Shown one piece after another: positions 12,630 to 24,359 of a stretch of 64,000 nucleotides of DNA (within the stretch, counting starts at the first letter, position 1; every line of letters starts with the position of its first letter). Under the pieces are notes generated by a model. The model ran no database searches and had not been told where the DNA came from. It worked only from the letters and a program-made list of their open reading frames with translations. The position numbers and the translations under genes are program-made. The stretch lies in NCBI GenBank assembly GCA_951406725.2, contig OX597821.1, positions 14,632,001 through 14,696,000 on the forward strand. The letters are read 5' to 3'. The stretch comes from Octopus vulgaris. Taxonomy: Eukaryota.

Positions 12630-12988
12630 TTTCTCTTTTCTCTTTTTCTTGTTTCAGTCATTTGACTGCGGCCATGCTGGAGCACCACCTTTTAGTACTT
12701 ATTCTATCGGTCTCTTTTTGCCGAACCGCTAAGTGACGGGGACGCAAACACACCAGCATCGGTTGTCAAGCAATGCTAGGGGGACAAACACACACACACC
12801 CATATACATATATATACATATATACGACAGGCTTCTTTCAGTTTCCGTCTACCAAATCCACTCAAAAGGCATTGGTCGACCCGGGCTATAGCAGAAGACA
12901 CTTGCCCAAGATGCCACGCAGTAGGACTGAACCCGCAACCGTGTGGTTGGTTAGCAAGCTACTTACCACACAGCCACTCCTGCGCCTA
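12630..12988 (-). mobile_element. SINE family B
   Basis: Family B head and tail. Confidence 0.9.
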
Positions 12989-13173
12989 TTGTATGTATGT
13001 GTGTGTGTTTGTAAATCTATCCACCTACATAGATACAGCTATAAGTATAAAGATACGGTTATACACATTTAGCTATACATATACATACGGATACACACGC
13101 ATATGCGTTCACACGTATGTATATGCCCACCACATATATATTTACGTATGCATACACTTACATGCATGCATCT

Positions 13174-13203
<30 letters not shown>

Positions 13204-13205
<2 letters not shown>

Positions 13206-13433
13206 TTCTTTACTACCCACAAGGGGCTAAACACAGAGGAGACAAACAAGGACAGACAAACGGATTAAGTCGATTACATCGACACCAGTGCATAACTGGT
13301 ACTTAATTTATCGACCCCGGAAGGATGAAAGGCAAAGTCGACCTCGGCGGAATTTGAACTCGGAACGTAACGGCAGACGAAATACGGCAACGCATTTCGC
13401 CCGGCGTGCTAACGTTTCTGCCAGCTCGCCGCC

Positions 13434-13434
<1 letters not shown>
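13204..13434 (-). mobile_element. Full-length SINE family A
   Basis: Near-identical reverse complement of 1336-1566. Confidence 0.92.
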
Positions 13435-13492
<58 letters not shown>

Positions 13493-14132
13493 TGCACACA
13501 CACTTAATTTCATCCAGAAGCTGTAGCCATTCCGGGGTACCCCATAAATGGGTACCGACCTTTCATCGACATGGGGTACCGATTATTAGTCTGTTTCATT
13601 TCTTTTCTACACCTCTCGCTCCATCTTGCTGTTAGTGAATGAGGGAAGCCAACAGCTTCGCCCTCAATGTTACCATGATATGGTGCCTAATTGTTTTTTC
13701 ACTCATTTAAGTATATATATATGTATGTGTGTGTGTGTGTGCATTTCAAATCTGAAATATTCTTGCAATTCACTGAAAAAATATAGGCTCTTGAACCCTA
13801 AGCTGTTACGGTATTGAGTCCTTACTCTGGATGTTTAGTACTTTGCAGTGGTGTCTTATTCGGTGTTAGTATAATCATTATAATCATTTCTCTAATCACA
13901 AAAATACTCCCCACAGGCTCTTTCCGATATATGTACCCCCCACACACACACACAAAGTAATAATAATAATCCATGGATGGAATTTATAAATATTTTAATG
14001 CGTCTCTACGCGCGTTTCCACAAATCACATGTTTCTTACGATCATAGTTCGTATTCTTGGGATGATTACAATACAATCCGTAGTATCCATGGACATCGGG
14101 AGGATCATAGCCCATGCGTTCATTTCCTCAAG

Positions 14133-14163
<31 letters not shown>

Positions 14164-14204
14164 CACTACTACTACTACTACTACTACTTCTACTACTACT
14201 ACTA

Positions 14205-14693
14205 CATTCATCTTACTTTGTATCGGCACACCTCGCTACAACCCCAGAAAACTGCTACTGCCAGTTGGTATCATTAGGCTGTAGCCGACATAATAAAATA
14301 GTTTTTATATCCAAACTCAAAAACGTTTCCCCACAAACGAATTTAAAGGATATATATCACTTCCACACATGCCCGCTTAATTTAATTCGTCCTTAGTCGA
14401 AAGATACGTGTTGTTAAAGTCATGTTATTTGTATTTATGTAGCATTTCTCCGTTTTTTTTTATCTTTGTTTCCATGTACATTCGCTTGCTTTCTTCCAAG
14501 GAATCTAGTGCTCTTAGATTTTCTTGGGGCTGGCCAGATTGAAGCAGTTTCGAGTGTAACCGGCCGAAACTGCTGAGAAAATCTAGAACTCGACTGAAGA
14601 TAGAAAACTCTTAATGACCTGTCCTTGTTTGTATCGTCTAACTCTCCGGATGTTTTGTTGTCGCCTGTTAAGTTCTTATTCGGTTTTTTATTT

Positions 14694-14697
<4 letters not shown>
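14205..14697 (+). mobile_element. PLE-like 3' end, family P3: possible GIY-YIG C-terminal remnant, structured RNA and T-rich tail ending at (TA)n
   Basis: VSAHL...RHNKIVFISKLKNVSPQTNL resembles the GIY-YIG end pattern ExxFIxKLxTxxPxGLN; 14523-14697 is homologous to 35197-35361 (-). Confidence 0.5.
14527..14610 (+). ncRNA. Hammerhead-like RNA with non-canonical strand order (copy 1)
   Basis: AGCAGT-T-TCGAGT (14543-14555) ... GGCC-GAAA-CTGCT (14562-14574) ... ACTCGA-CTGAAGA (14588-14600). Confidence 0.55.
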
Positions 14698-14736
<39 letters not shown>

Positions 14737-14905
14737 AATTGAGATAGGGGTTGTAAATGCAACCCTCCATGGGATAACATATATCTAATATACTGCCAGT
14801 GAAGTACCCAACAGAGTTAATACATAAATGTTAAGAATTGCGATGCAATTATTTCATTTACTGTATTATATGGGCAAATGTAAAGTGATTTACCACAAAT
14901 CCATA

Positions 14906-15090
14906 ATACAAAATAAGAAAATGGAGAAATACATCGAAATCAAATATCAATTACCAGATAATACTCAATCACATACTTTATTAAACCACCACATTTAACC
15001 TTATAGTTTCTTATGTGGTGGTTTAATAAAGTATGTGATTGAGTATTATCTGGTAATTGATATTTGATGTATTTCTCCATTTTCTTATTT

Positions 15091-15094
<4 letters not shown>
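14906..15094. repeat. About 85-bp near-perfect inverted repeat ending at (TA)n; probable PLE fold-back
   Basis: 14906-14994 pairs with 15013-15094; AATAAA lies in the arm. Confidence 0.8.
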
Positions 15095-15126
<32 letters not shown>

Positions 15127-15169
15127 CCCTGAATATCTAAAGCTTCTTCACTCTGGATAGAAGAGTATC

Positions 15170-15930
15170 AGTTTGTTTTTTTTTTTCGTCTTTTCCTGTG
15201 ATTCATCTGTTGCATTGGAGCAGCTTTCTTGGTGTAATAGCATTGGGTTGCCTCGGGCTCCGTTGTTAGTTTGACGCGATGCAAATTCCAAGCGAGTGAG
15301 AACAAATGTTTTGCACAAAAGCAACATGGCTAACTTTCGTCTTGTTCTGAGTGATCCCAGAATCCAACTAGTCAGTGACATGCACGGTGTTGCCATTTTA
15401 GTAATATGCTCACAGAACGATGCATTATTACTCGTGTAAATTTCCAGATCATGCATTGACAGAGACTCCGGTATTGCAAAAACTTCTGGAACTGTGTAAT
15501 ATGATTGCGTTATGTGGGTCAATAGCGGAGCGCCTGAAATTGTTCAGCATTGAATTGCATGCTGGTTTCTTCAGCCCATTTGTATATTACATTCATACCA
15601 CCAGATTTCTTGATTGCTTGAGAAGCTTCTGAATTGTCAGCGTAGCCAGTGAGAGTGGCTGATATTGTAACTGAGGCCGTTCTAAGACAACGACGAACTA
15701 CAGTTCCCCGAAAGACAAATTACAAATAGATGCCTCAACTGTCTGATACCCTCTGAAAAAGAAATGCAGCTACTCCCTTAGTTTCCCAATTGGCCGAGGT
15801 AAAGTTGTGACTGACAAAATCATTTGGTGGTCAGTTTAAATAATTGAACTGGCGTTTCGGTACCCAGTCGTAATTCTATTGTTGATGCATGAAGCAGCAC
15901 CAGAAGTTGTGGAAAGTGCTTGTGAGCAAA
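15170..15930 (-). pseudogene. Decayed CR1-like LINE reverse transcriptase, C-terminal part
   Basis: GYADN (YADD-like) and WILGSLRTRRKLAMLLLCKTFVLTRLEFAS, a thumb-region motif. Confidence 0.65.
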
Positions 15931-16091
15931 CCGTTTTCTTCTAGGAATGTGAACAGTTTGTTATTGGCAAGGCGTTTTATGATTTTGCTAACGTGTGAGT
16001 TCAGAGACAGAGACCTGCAATACTTAGTATCTACTCTGATTCATCTTTTACAGACAGGGGATATTATATCTTCTTTAACTTGGTGCAAGTT

Positions 16092-16158
<67 letters not shown>

Positions 16159-16160
16159 CA

Positions 16161-16382
16161 CTCTTTTACTCTTTTTCTTTTACTTGTTCTAGTCATTTGA
16201 CTGTGGCCATGCTGGTGCACCGCCTTTAGTCGAGCAAATTGACCCCACGACTTACTTTTTGTAAGCCTAGTACTTATTCTGTCGGGGTCTTTTGCCGAAC
16301 CGCTAAGTTACGGGGGCGTAAACTCACCAATATCGGTTGTCAAGCGATGTTGGAGGGGGGGAAGGCAAACACAGACACACAA

Positions 16383-16463
<81 letters not shown>

Positions 16464-16643
16464 CATACATATATGTGACGGGCTTCTTTCAGTTTCCGTC
16501 AACCAAATCCACTCACAAGGCTCTGGTCGGCCCGAGGCTATAGTAGAAGACACTTGCCCAATGTACCACGCAGTGGGAATGAACTCGGAGCCATGTGATT
16601 CATAAGCAAGCTATTTTTATTCATTCATAAAGCCACTCCTACG

Positions 16644-16645
<2 letters not shown>
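16161..16645 (-). mobile_element. SINE family B
   Basis: Family B head and tail with a long internal (CA)n. Confidence 0.88.
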
Positions 16646-16687
<42 letters not shown>

Positions 16688-16752
16688 CATACATGCATAT
16701 ATATATGTATAATGATACATATATGTGCATATGCAAATATGTTGCTATATAT

Positions 16753-16800
<48 letters not shown>

Positions 16801-17587
16801 TTGTGTGTCTATACATATTTGCACACACATTCGTATTTATATATGTATGTGAATGTACGGCCATGTAGATAAGAAAACTGCAAAATCTAGGGCTGCATAT
16901 AAATATCATTATCATAATACAGGTATATTTACCTGTTGATGCACAAGTACACAGTTCAATAGACATTTGTATTTCTAATTATATTTTCCCAGGTCATAAC
17001 AGCTCTTCAAAGTGGCATTCGTTACCAAAACCGTTAGACAGTCGATGGAACCGATTTCTTCCGCTAGTAGATCTTCTCGGAAATCTGAAAATGTAGCCTC
17101 TTCAGATGCCAAACGTATACACACACACACACACACTCACACATACCTACATATATACATAGAGACATATTTATATACGTAAATATATGTGTGTGTTTAT
17201 ATATATATATATGTGATATATAAAATATGTATGTTTGTATATATGTTTGTACTCATTCATACATACATACATACATACATACATACATACATACATACAT
17301 ACATACATACATTAATTTCGAACTGAGATGAGAACTGCAAAGAATTTGCTTCCATTGTCAGGTATCAGCTGAAGAATTAAGCGTAGGTTGACGCAAATTA
17401 AGCCAGGAATGGTGACGTGGATGCTGATAGAAATGAAATAATGTGGGTGGATGAAGAAATTCTGCACAGATCAGACGAGTCAAAGGTGTGCGTTATAGAA
17501 GATGACAATGATAATAATAAAAAAAATTAGTCACAGAAATAACTGAACTGATGCATTCACACACGTAAGACTGTCTATGAGTGTGAG

Positions 17588-17627
<40 letters not shown>

Positions 17628-17754
17628 GTATCTGATTCGGTGTGTTTACACCTGTCTGTCTACAGCGAGAAAATTTCTCCACGACAAAATACATTGAATG
17701 GTCTTCTTAGGTGTTCGAATTTGCTTCAAATATATTTGAACTAGTAAGAAGTTT

Positions 17755-17772
17755 GTGTGTGTGTGTGTGTGT

Positions 17773-17821
<49 letters not shown>

Positions 17822-18031
17822 TGTATATATATATATTCATGTATATATATACACATGTATGTATGTATACACACATATATATATACACATGTATGAATAT
17901 ATGCACACATGTATGAATATATGCACACATGTATGTATATACGCATGTATATATATATATATATATATATATATGCATGTATATATATATACATGTATAT
18001 ATATATACATGTATATATATATATACATGTA

Positions 18032-18079
<48 letters not shown>

Positions 18080-18185
18080 GATATATATATATACGCACGT
18101 ATACATATATATATACACACATATACATTTATATATATGCACACATGCGCGCACGCACACACACACACACATATATATATATATA
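17755..18185. repeat. Compound (TG)/(TA)/(CATG) microsatellite
   Basis: Direct inspection. Confidence 0.9.
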
Positions 18186-19369
18186 ATATACTTATATGCT
18201 TTGATAGCCACGGTGTACATAGACATACATAATGCACCTATGGGAATAATTCTGTTGGGGTTGATAATAGTAACAAGGATATCAGGATGGCGCAATCACT
18301 ACAACTTCACCATTTATGATCGTTCCCATTGCTTTTCACAAACATGAAATTTGGCGCAAACGATCGAACAGAGAGCCTACTGATTCGAAAGTTAAATCGA
18401 AAATGGAAATTGCTTTAACGTCGAAAGGGGGAAGTTTTCTTTCGCATTCCTGCCAACTCGGAACCAGCGCTGTTGCTGCTTTATTTATCATCGGCGAATG
18501 TTTTTCTTCCTTCTCTCTTTTACAGCGCAAATACATTCAACAGTTAAGTGTACAATATAACATGTAAGATTGCGAAAATAAATAAATAAATAAAAGCTAT
18601 TTTGATGTTTTCTTGTTTTTTATTTAGTTTGATTCTTTAAATTTTTGATAATTTTCTTTAATTCGTTTCAGCCATCACGAGTCGCATGTACTTGTTTGTG
18701 TTCCTCCTACATAGGATGTTGATAACGTATGAGAATTTGACGATAAAAGAGAAAGCGAATAAATTATTATTAGTAGTAGTAGTACTGAGGCCAATTCAGT
18801 CGACAACCCCCACCGTCATATAAACCGCCCACCTTCCCACTTTCTTTCTCGTGTTTTTCAGCTCGATACCAACGTTAGAAATAATTATCGATATATTACC
18901 TCTTAATTACACTCTTCGGTAAATAGATCGAACAGTTATAATTTCTTAGGATGTTTCGCAATGGGGTTCAATAATAGGGACCAATATTGCTATTTTGCCT
19001 TTAATCCTACCTACCGCGCCTCCTTTCATAGACAATGAAAATAATTAAGAATTAATTAAGCTTGCTATGCAATGGGGGTTGATTAAATCAACACACCTCA
19101 GTCTCAATATTTTACCTTCACCATTATTCTACGGTTAATACGTATCGTAACAGACGTTATATTCATTTATTTATCTATTTTATTTATTATTTTTATTCAT
19201 CTAACTTAAGCATAATAAATACCGATTAAAATAATCGATTATTTGTTCAGAATTGTGGCAGTTGCGGTGGGGAGGAGGCTACATTACCAATATATGTGGG
19301 GTATCCCTCTTTTTATGATTCTAGATACATAAATTTTTCGCCCACTGCAACTGTCTTCTTCACCGTTCA

Positions 19370-19572
19370 CAGCTGTGACGTCAAACTTGCGTGGGCTGAC
19401 GTTATGGGCTTTTGTGACGTACTTGTACACGTGGTGAAAACGGCTGTTCTATAAATATAATATAATATAGTGGGGTGTTTCTTTTAGTCGCTCACGTTGA
19501 GGATTTCCTGTTGTTGATAATGATTGCAGCGAGGCGTATTGCGTCAGCATGCATGCATGCTAACGCGTGAGT
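19370..19572 (+). promoter_or_regulatory. Candidate Pol II promoter with a CRE cluster, followed by a short first exon
   Basis: TGACGTCA 19376, TGACGT 19397 and 19415, CACGTG 19428, TATAAATATAAT 19450-19461, Inr-like TTAGTC 19484-19489, donor-like GTGAGT 19567. Confidence 0.45.
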
Positions 19573-19588
19573 GTGCAAATACATTAGC

Positions 19589-19632
<44 letters not shown>

Positions 19633-19634
<2 letters not shown>

Positions 19635-19765
19635 TTTATTTAAAGCAGCAGAAAATTCAACAAAACCGTTGAATTTTCTGCTGCTTTAAATAAAGCATAT
19701 TACTCTACCACTGGTATTTGAGTACTCTTTTTTTCCACCTTGTTTCACATTTATGTGTTTACTCC

Positions 19766-19767
<2 letters not shown>
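19633..19767 (+). mobile_element. Family P1 PLE fold-back, truncated before the HHR, inside (TA)n
   Basis: CTTTATTTAAAGCAGCAGAAAATTCAAC / GTTGAATTTTCTGCTGCTTTAAATAAAG plus the same tail as 56400-56483. Confidence 0.8.
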
Positions 19768-19835
<68 letters not shown>

Positions 19836-20143
19836 GCTGCATTCACGAAAAAATTTTTCAACATCAATATCAACGACATATTTTAGTATTACACAAGAAG
19901 CTGTTTCACTTACTCATTAATAGCCTGGAGAAAAGTAATACCTTACCGTTTCGTCTCCTGTTAAATTATCGGGTTTCATAAACAAAAGTTAATTATTATA
20001 AACTATTAATACCACCATTACCACCACAAACGCCGCCAGCGTCTTCATGATGGCTTCCACCACCATCATCATCATTAACAGTATACAGTAACGTCACGTT
20101 TCTATAATCACGCACTTTTACACACGAGTATCAAACACTAATA

Positions 20144-20538
20144 TCTTTATATATAAAAGTAAGGTTGTGTGTCTGTCTCCTACGATTTAGATTCCTAACT
20201 ACTCCCACATTTTACGGTGCAGTTTAACCAAAACCGGGTATCTTATAGTCGTGATTCATATCGAGCCCTTCTAGGTATTAGCGCGCGTCTACGATGAGTA
20301 CGATTTAAAAAAAAAATTACCATCATTTTTTTCCATTTTAATGCATTTTTTCGCTATTATATAAGGGAAGTAACTCTCTAAAAATGTCTACGACGAGTCA
20401 ACGATTAAAAAAAAATTTACCATCATTTTTTTCCCATTTTTAATGCATTTTTTTGCTATATTTTGGCTATAACTCTCTAAAAATGCATATATAGTTATTT
20501 CCCTTACAAACCCGAGCAACGCCGGGCGATACTGCTAG
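20144..20538 (+). mobile_element. Non-autonomous Helitron
   Basis: 5' TC, 3' CTAG, sits between A and T, subterminal CCCGAGCAACGCCGGG hairpin; second copy at 51994-52490. Confidence 0.85.
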
Positions 20539-20736
20539 TAAAGTATAAAATTTACGAATGAAGATTATGGTTTAGGAACGTATCATTCTATTTATGTGTT
20601 ATAGTATTCTATCTAGTCACCAGTCTTCACAAACGCACCACATACCCACATACAAACACACACGAACACAAATGCGTGCATATAGATAGATAGATGTGTG
20701 TGTGTGTGTGAGTGTGTGTATATATATATATATATA

Positions 20737-20959
20737 TATTTCTTTACTACCTACAAGGGGCTAAACACAGAGAGGACAAACAAAGACAGACAAACGGATT
20801 AAGTAGATTCCATCGACTCCAGTGCGTAACTGGTACTTAATTTATCGACCCCGAAAGGATGAAAGGCAAAGTCGACCTCGGCGGAATTTGAACTCAGAAC
20901 GTAACGGCAGACGAAATACCGCTAAGCATTTCGCCCGGCGCACTAACGATTCTGCCAGC

Positions 20960-20962
<3 letters not shown>
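20737..20962 (-). mobile_element. SINE family A
   Basis: Reverse complement of the family A copy at 1336-1566. Confidence 0.9.
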
Positions 20963-21050
<88 letters not shown>

Positions 21051-21099
21051 TGGCACTCGTAAATGCATACATATTTTACATGCGGATATGTAATGTATA

Positions 21100-21418
21100 G
21101 TGAAGGCTTAGTGGTTAGGGCATTCAACTCACGATTGTAAGGTCGTGAGTTCAATTCCCGCCGACGCGTTGTGTCCTTGAGCAAGACACTTTATATCACG
21201 TTGATCCAGTCTATTCAACTGGCAAAACTGAGCGGTACCTGTATTTCAAAAGGTCAGACTTGTCGCACTCTGTGTCACTCTGAATCTCCTCCAGAAATAC
21301 GTTAAGGGTACCCGTGTCTGTGGAGTGCTCAGCCACTTGGACTTTAATTTCACGAGCAAGCTGTTTCGTTGATCGTATCTGTTGGGATCCTCGTCGTCAT
21401 AACCGACGAAGTGTTCCT
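21100..21418 (+). mobile_element. tRNA-derived SINE with CORE-like segment and family C tail
   Basis: AGTGGTTAGG...GAGTTCAATTCCC, CCTTGAGCAAGACACTT; tail shared with 28826-29214. Confidence 0.8.
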
Positions 21419-21433
21419 ATGTAATGTATATAT

Positions 21434-21838
21434 AGGCGCAGGAGTGGCTGTGTGGTAAGTAGCTTGCTAACCAACCACATGTTTCCGGGTTCAGTCCCAC
21501 TGCGTAGCATCTTGGGCAAGTGCCTTCCGCTATAGCCCCGGGCCGACCAATGCCTTGTGAGTGGATTTGGTAGACAGAAACTGAAAGAAGCCTGTCGTAT
21601 ATATGTATATATGTATATATATGTGTGTGTTTGTGTGTCTGTGTTTGTTTCCCTAGCATTGCTTGACAACCGATGCTGGTGTGTTTACGTCCCTGTCACT
21701 TAGCGGTTCGGCAAAAATAGACCGATAGAATAAGTACTGGGCTTACAAAGAATAAGTCCCAGGGTCGATTTGCTCGACTAAAGGCGGTGCTCCAGCATGG
21801 CCGCAGTCAAATGACTGACACAAATAAAAGTAAAAGAT
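21434..21838 (+). mobile_element. Full-length SINE family B
   Basis: Complete head, microsatellite and tail. Confidence 0.92.
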
Positions 21839-22609
21839 ACCTATGCATATATATACTCACAAATATACATACACGCTTATCTGTGTGTATAAATGTATCC
21901 ATATATATGTGAATCCATATGTAGGCATTTCACTCGTTAGATCTTCTGAAGAAATTAGTTGTGTCCATGCCCACTAGATACCGCCTGAGACCGCTGTAAC
22001 TGTAGCTATTAACGTGTGCTTAAGCAGTTGCAAACGAACACCTGTAGGATATACAATGGTTGTTGGGGAGAAGGAAAACCCGTTCATCAATCGTTCCACT
22101 CTATTTTGTTGTCTCCACGAATTTCCTTAATCTTTTAATGCACAAAATGTTAAGGTGAGTATTCTAGTTTACACAATATCACAACCAATTACACACGCTT
22201 CAACTGAAAAATAAATAAATAAATGAACAAAATAAAAAGCACCTGTACTGCTTTTATCCGAATCAATCACATGCAATTTCCATTCTCAAACCACCTGCTC
22301 TCTTAGAGGATTTTACCGTTGCATGACAGTGATATACAGGACAATTCTTGTATCAGTTAATAGCATCTGAAGATACTACACATAACTTACAGCTATTGCC
22401 TTTAGACAAGTTCTACTCAGCTCATGAATTCTTGTTTATGCTGTGTGTATGTACCGATACTTATATATTGCATACACATGCATACAAGTATGCATATCAG
22501 CATGTGTATACTTGTATGTATGTGTGTGTGTGTGTGTTCATGTGAAACATTAAAAAGTCATGATATTCTGAGAATGAGAAAGATAGGAAAGTGAAATAGA
22601 ATAGTAACA

Positions 22610-22730
<121 letters not shown>

Positions 22731-23444
22731 GAGATATTGGGAAACGAGAGAGACCGTCACTGAGAAATACTCATAGACAGAAATAAAATCTGAAAGGAAA
22801 GCGAGATGGTGGTGATAGCGGTAATACATTTGTATGACGTTAAAGTCTCTTTCTAATCCCTTTGATATGAAAAGAAGTCAAATATTCCTTCCAGCATAAA
22901 GGATGAAGATTGTCCTGATCCTAGATGCAAATATGCATCTTTACCGTTAGTTCAGAATCTACGAATACACGGAGAATATTAATTGTAATTCCTTCCATCC
23001 GAAACTGTCAGGACTTTTTTTTTAACTGAAATTGTACGTGAATCAAGAACATATTAATCATCATTTAAAAGCTACAAAATGGAAATTGAAAAACAATAAC
23101 GTAGTAATGAAAATAAGAATAAAATATATAAATACAACCCATCTCCCAGCGCTAATCGCCAAAAATATTCATCAGACAAAAGGGACAAACCTATTAAAGT
23201 CTTGAGGCCAAACAAACCATTCAACAGAAGGTTTCTATGAATTAGAAACCGTACCTAAGTCTTCAAAATAAATAGTCTATCAACAACACTTTTCCACAAC
23301 ACTTAAAATGCAGGTCTAGCAACAATCAAACCACCATTCTTTACCATCACTGCGCAAACTGGGCCCAGAACTACCGCAACATAAACTGCCACCTTAGTTT
23401 CGAACTTTTTCAAAATGCACAAGGCATCATTCCATTTGTCGATT

Positions 23445-24000
23445 CTTAGAAATGGAAGATTTCATACATGGAGAGTTAAAATGCTGAACAGACACAGTTC
23501 ATCCTTTTCTTTACTCGAAGCAACTCCGACTTGGTTACTGAGTGAAAAATTAGAGATCTCCTCACCATTTGTTAGACATTTGAAGATATAATCACTAACA
23601 CATGTTCAGAACCCAGCTCAACAAAGTTAGGAGTAGGCTTCATAGAAACTCTCATGAAGAAAATCAGAGAGAAGGAAATCAATAACTCAACTAAAACACT
23701 ATCAGCGGCAATAACAACAGCGAACACAATCGACAATAAGAAGGCTGGAGTAAAAAAAAAAATAACATCTGCAGAAGAGCATATAAACTTTCATCAATGA
23801 TCAGAGGGCTGCCAGGAAGGACTGGACCATTGCGAAAATAAAACCCAACCCAAAAATGTTCAATTCATTTGCCAATGCACGTAGTACTGGGTATTTGTGC
23901 TTCATCTATCGGTCTACTAGTTGATGAAAGTAGCATTCTCCACATCGATGCCAAAAAGATGTCGAATATTCTAAAGAAACAACATAACTTTGTCTGAAAT
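23445..24000 (+). pseudogene. Possible CR1-like ORF2 linker remnant
   Basis: AKIKPNPKMFNSFA near 23832 resembles the IKxNPKxF motif. Confidence 0.35.
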
Positions 24001-24359
24001 TGACTGAAGCGGGTTCAGCGAAGTCAATACCTAACACTTCATCTCCAGCGAGCTTTCGTAACCACAGACATGACCGTAGCAATACACAGAATTTAAAATG
24101 ACTCGACAGTTAATCCCGTAGTTTCCTCACAAACCGGCATCTCGTTTAGTTAAAGGAAGAAACTCGTGAGACGCAGATTGTATAACAAAGCATTTTCTAT
24201 CACCTTAGTTTCGAACTTTTTCAAAATGCACAAGGCATCATTCCATTTGTCGATTTAAATTCCATCATCCCAATTTTCAAACAAGTAATGTCTTTTGCAA
24301 TAAACTATTGTCTAATCTCAGTGCACTTATCATTAAAGTATAGGACCAGTATAGTTTCC

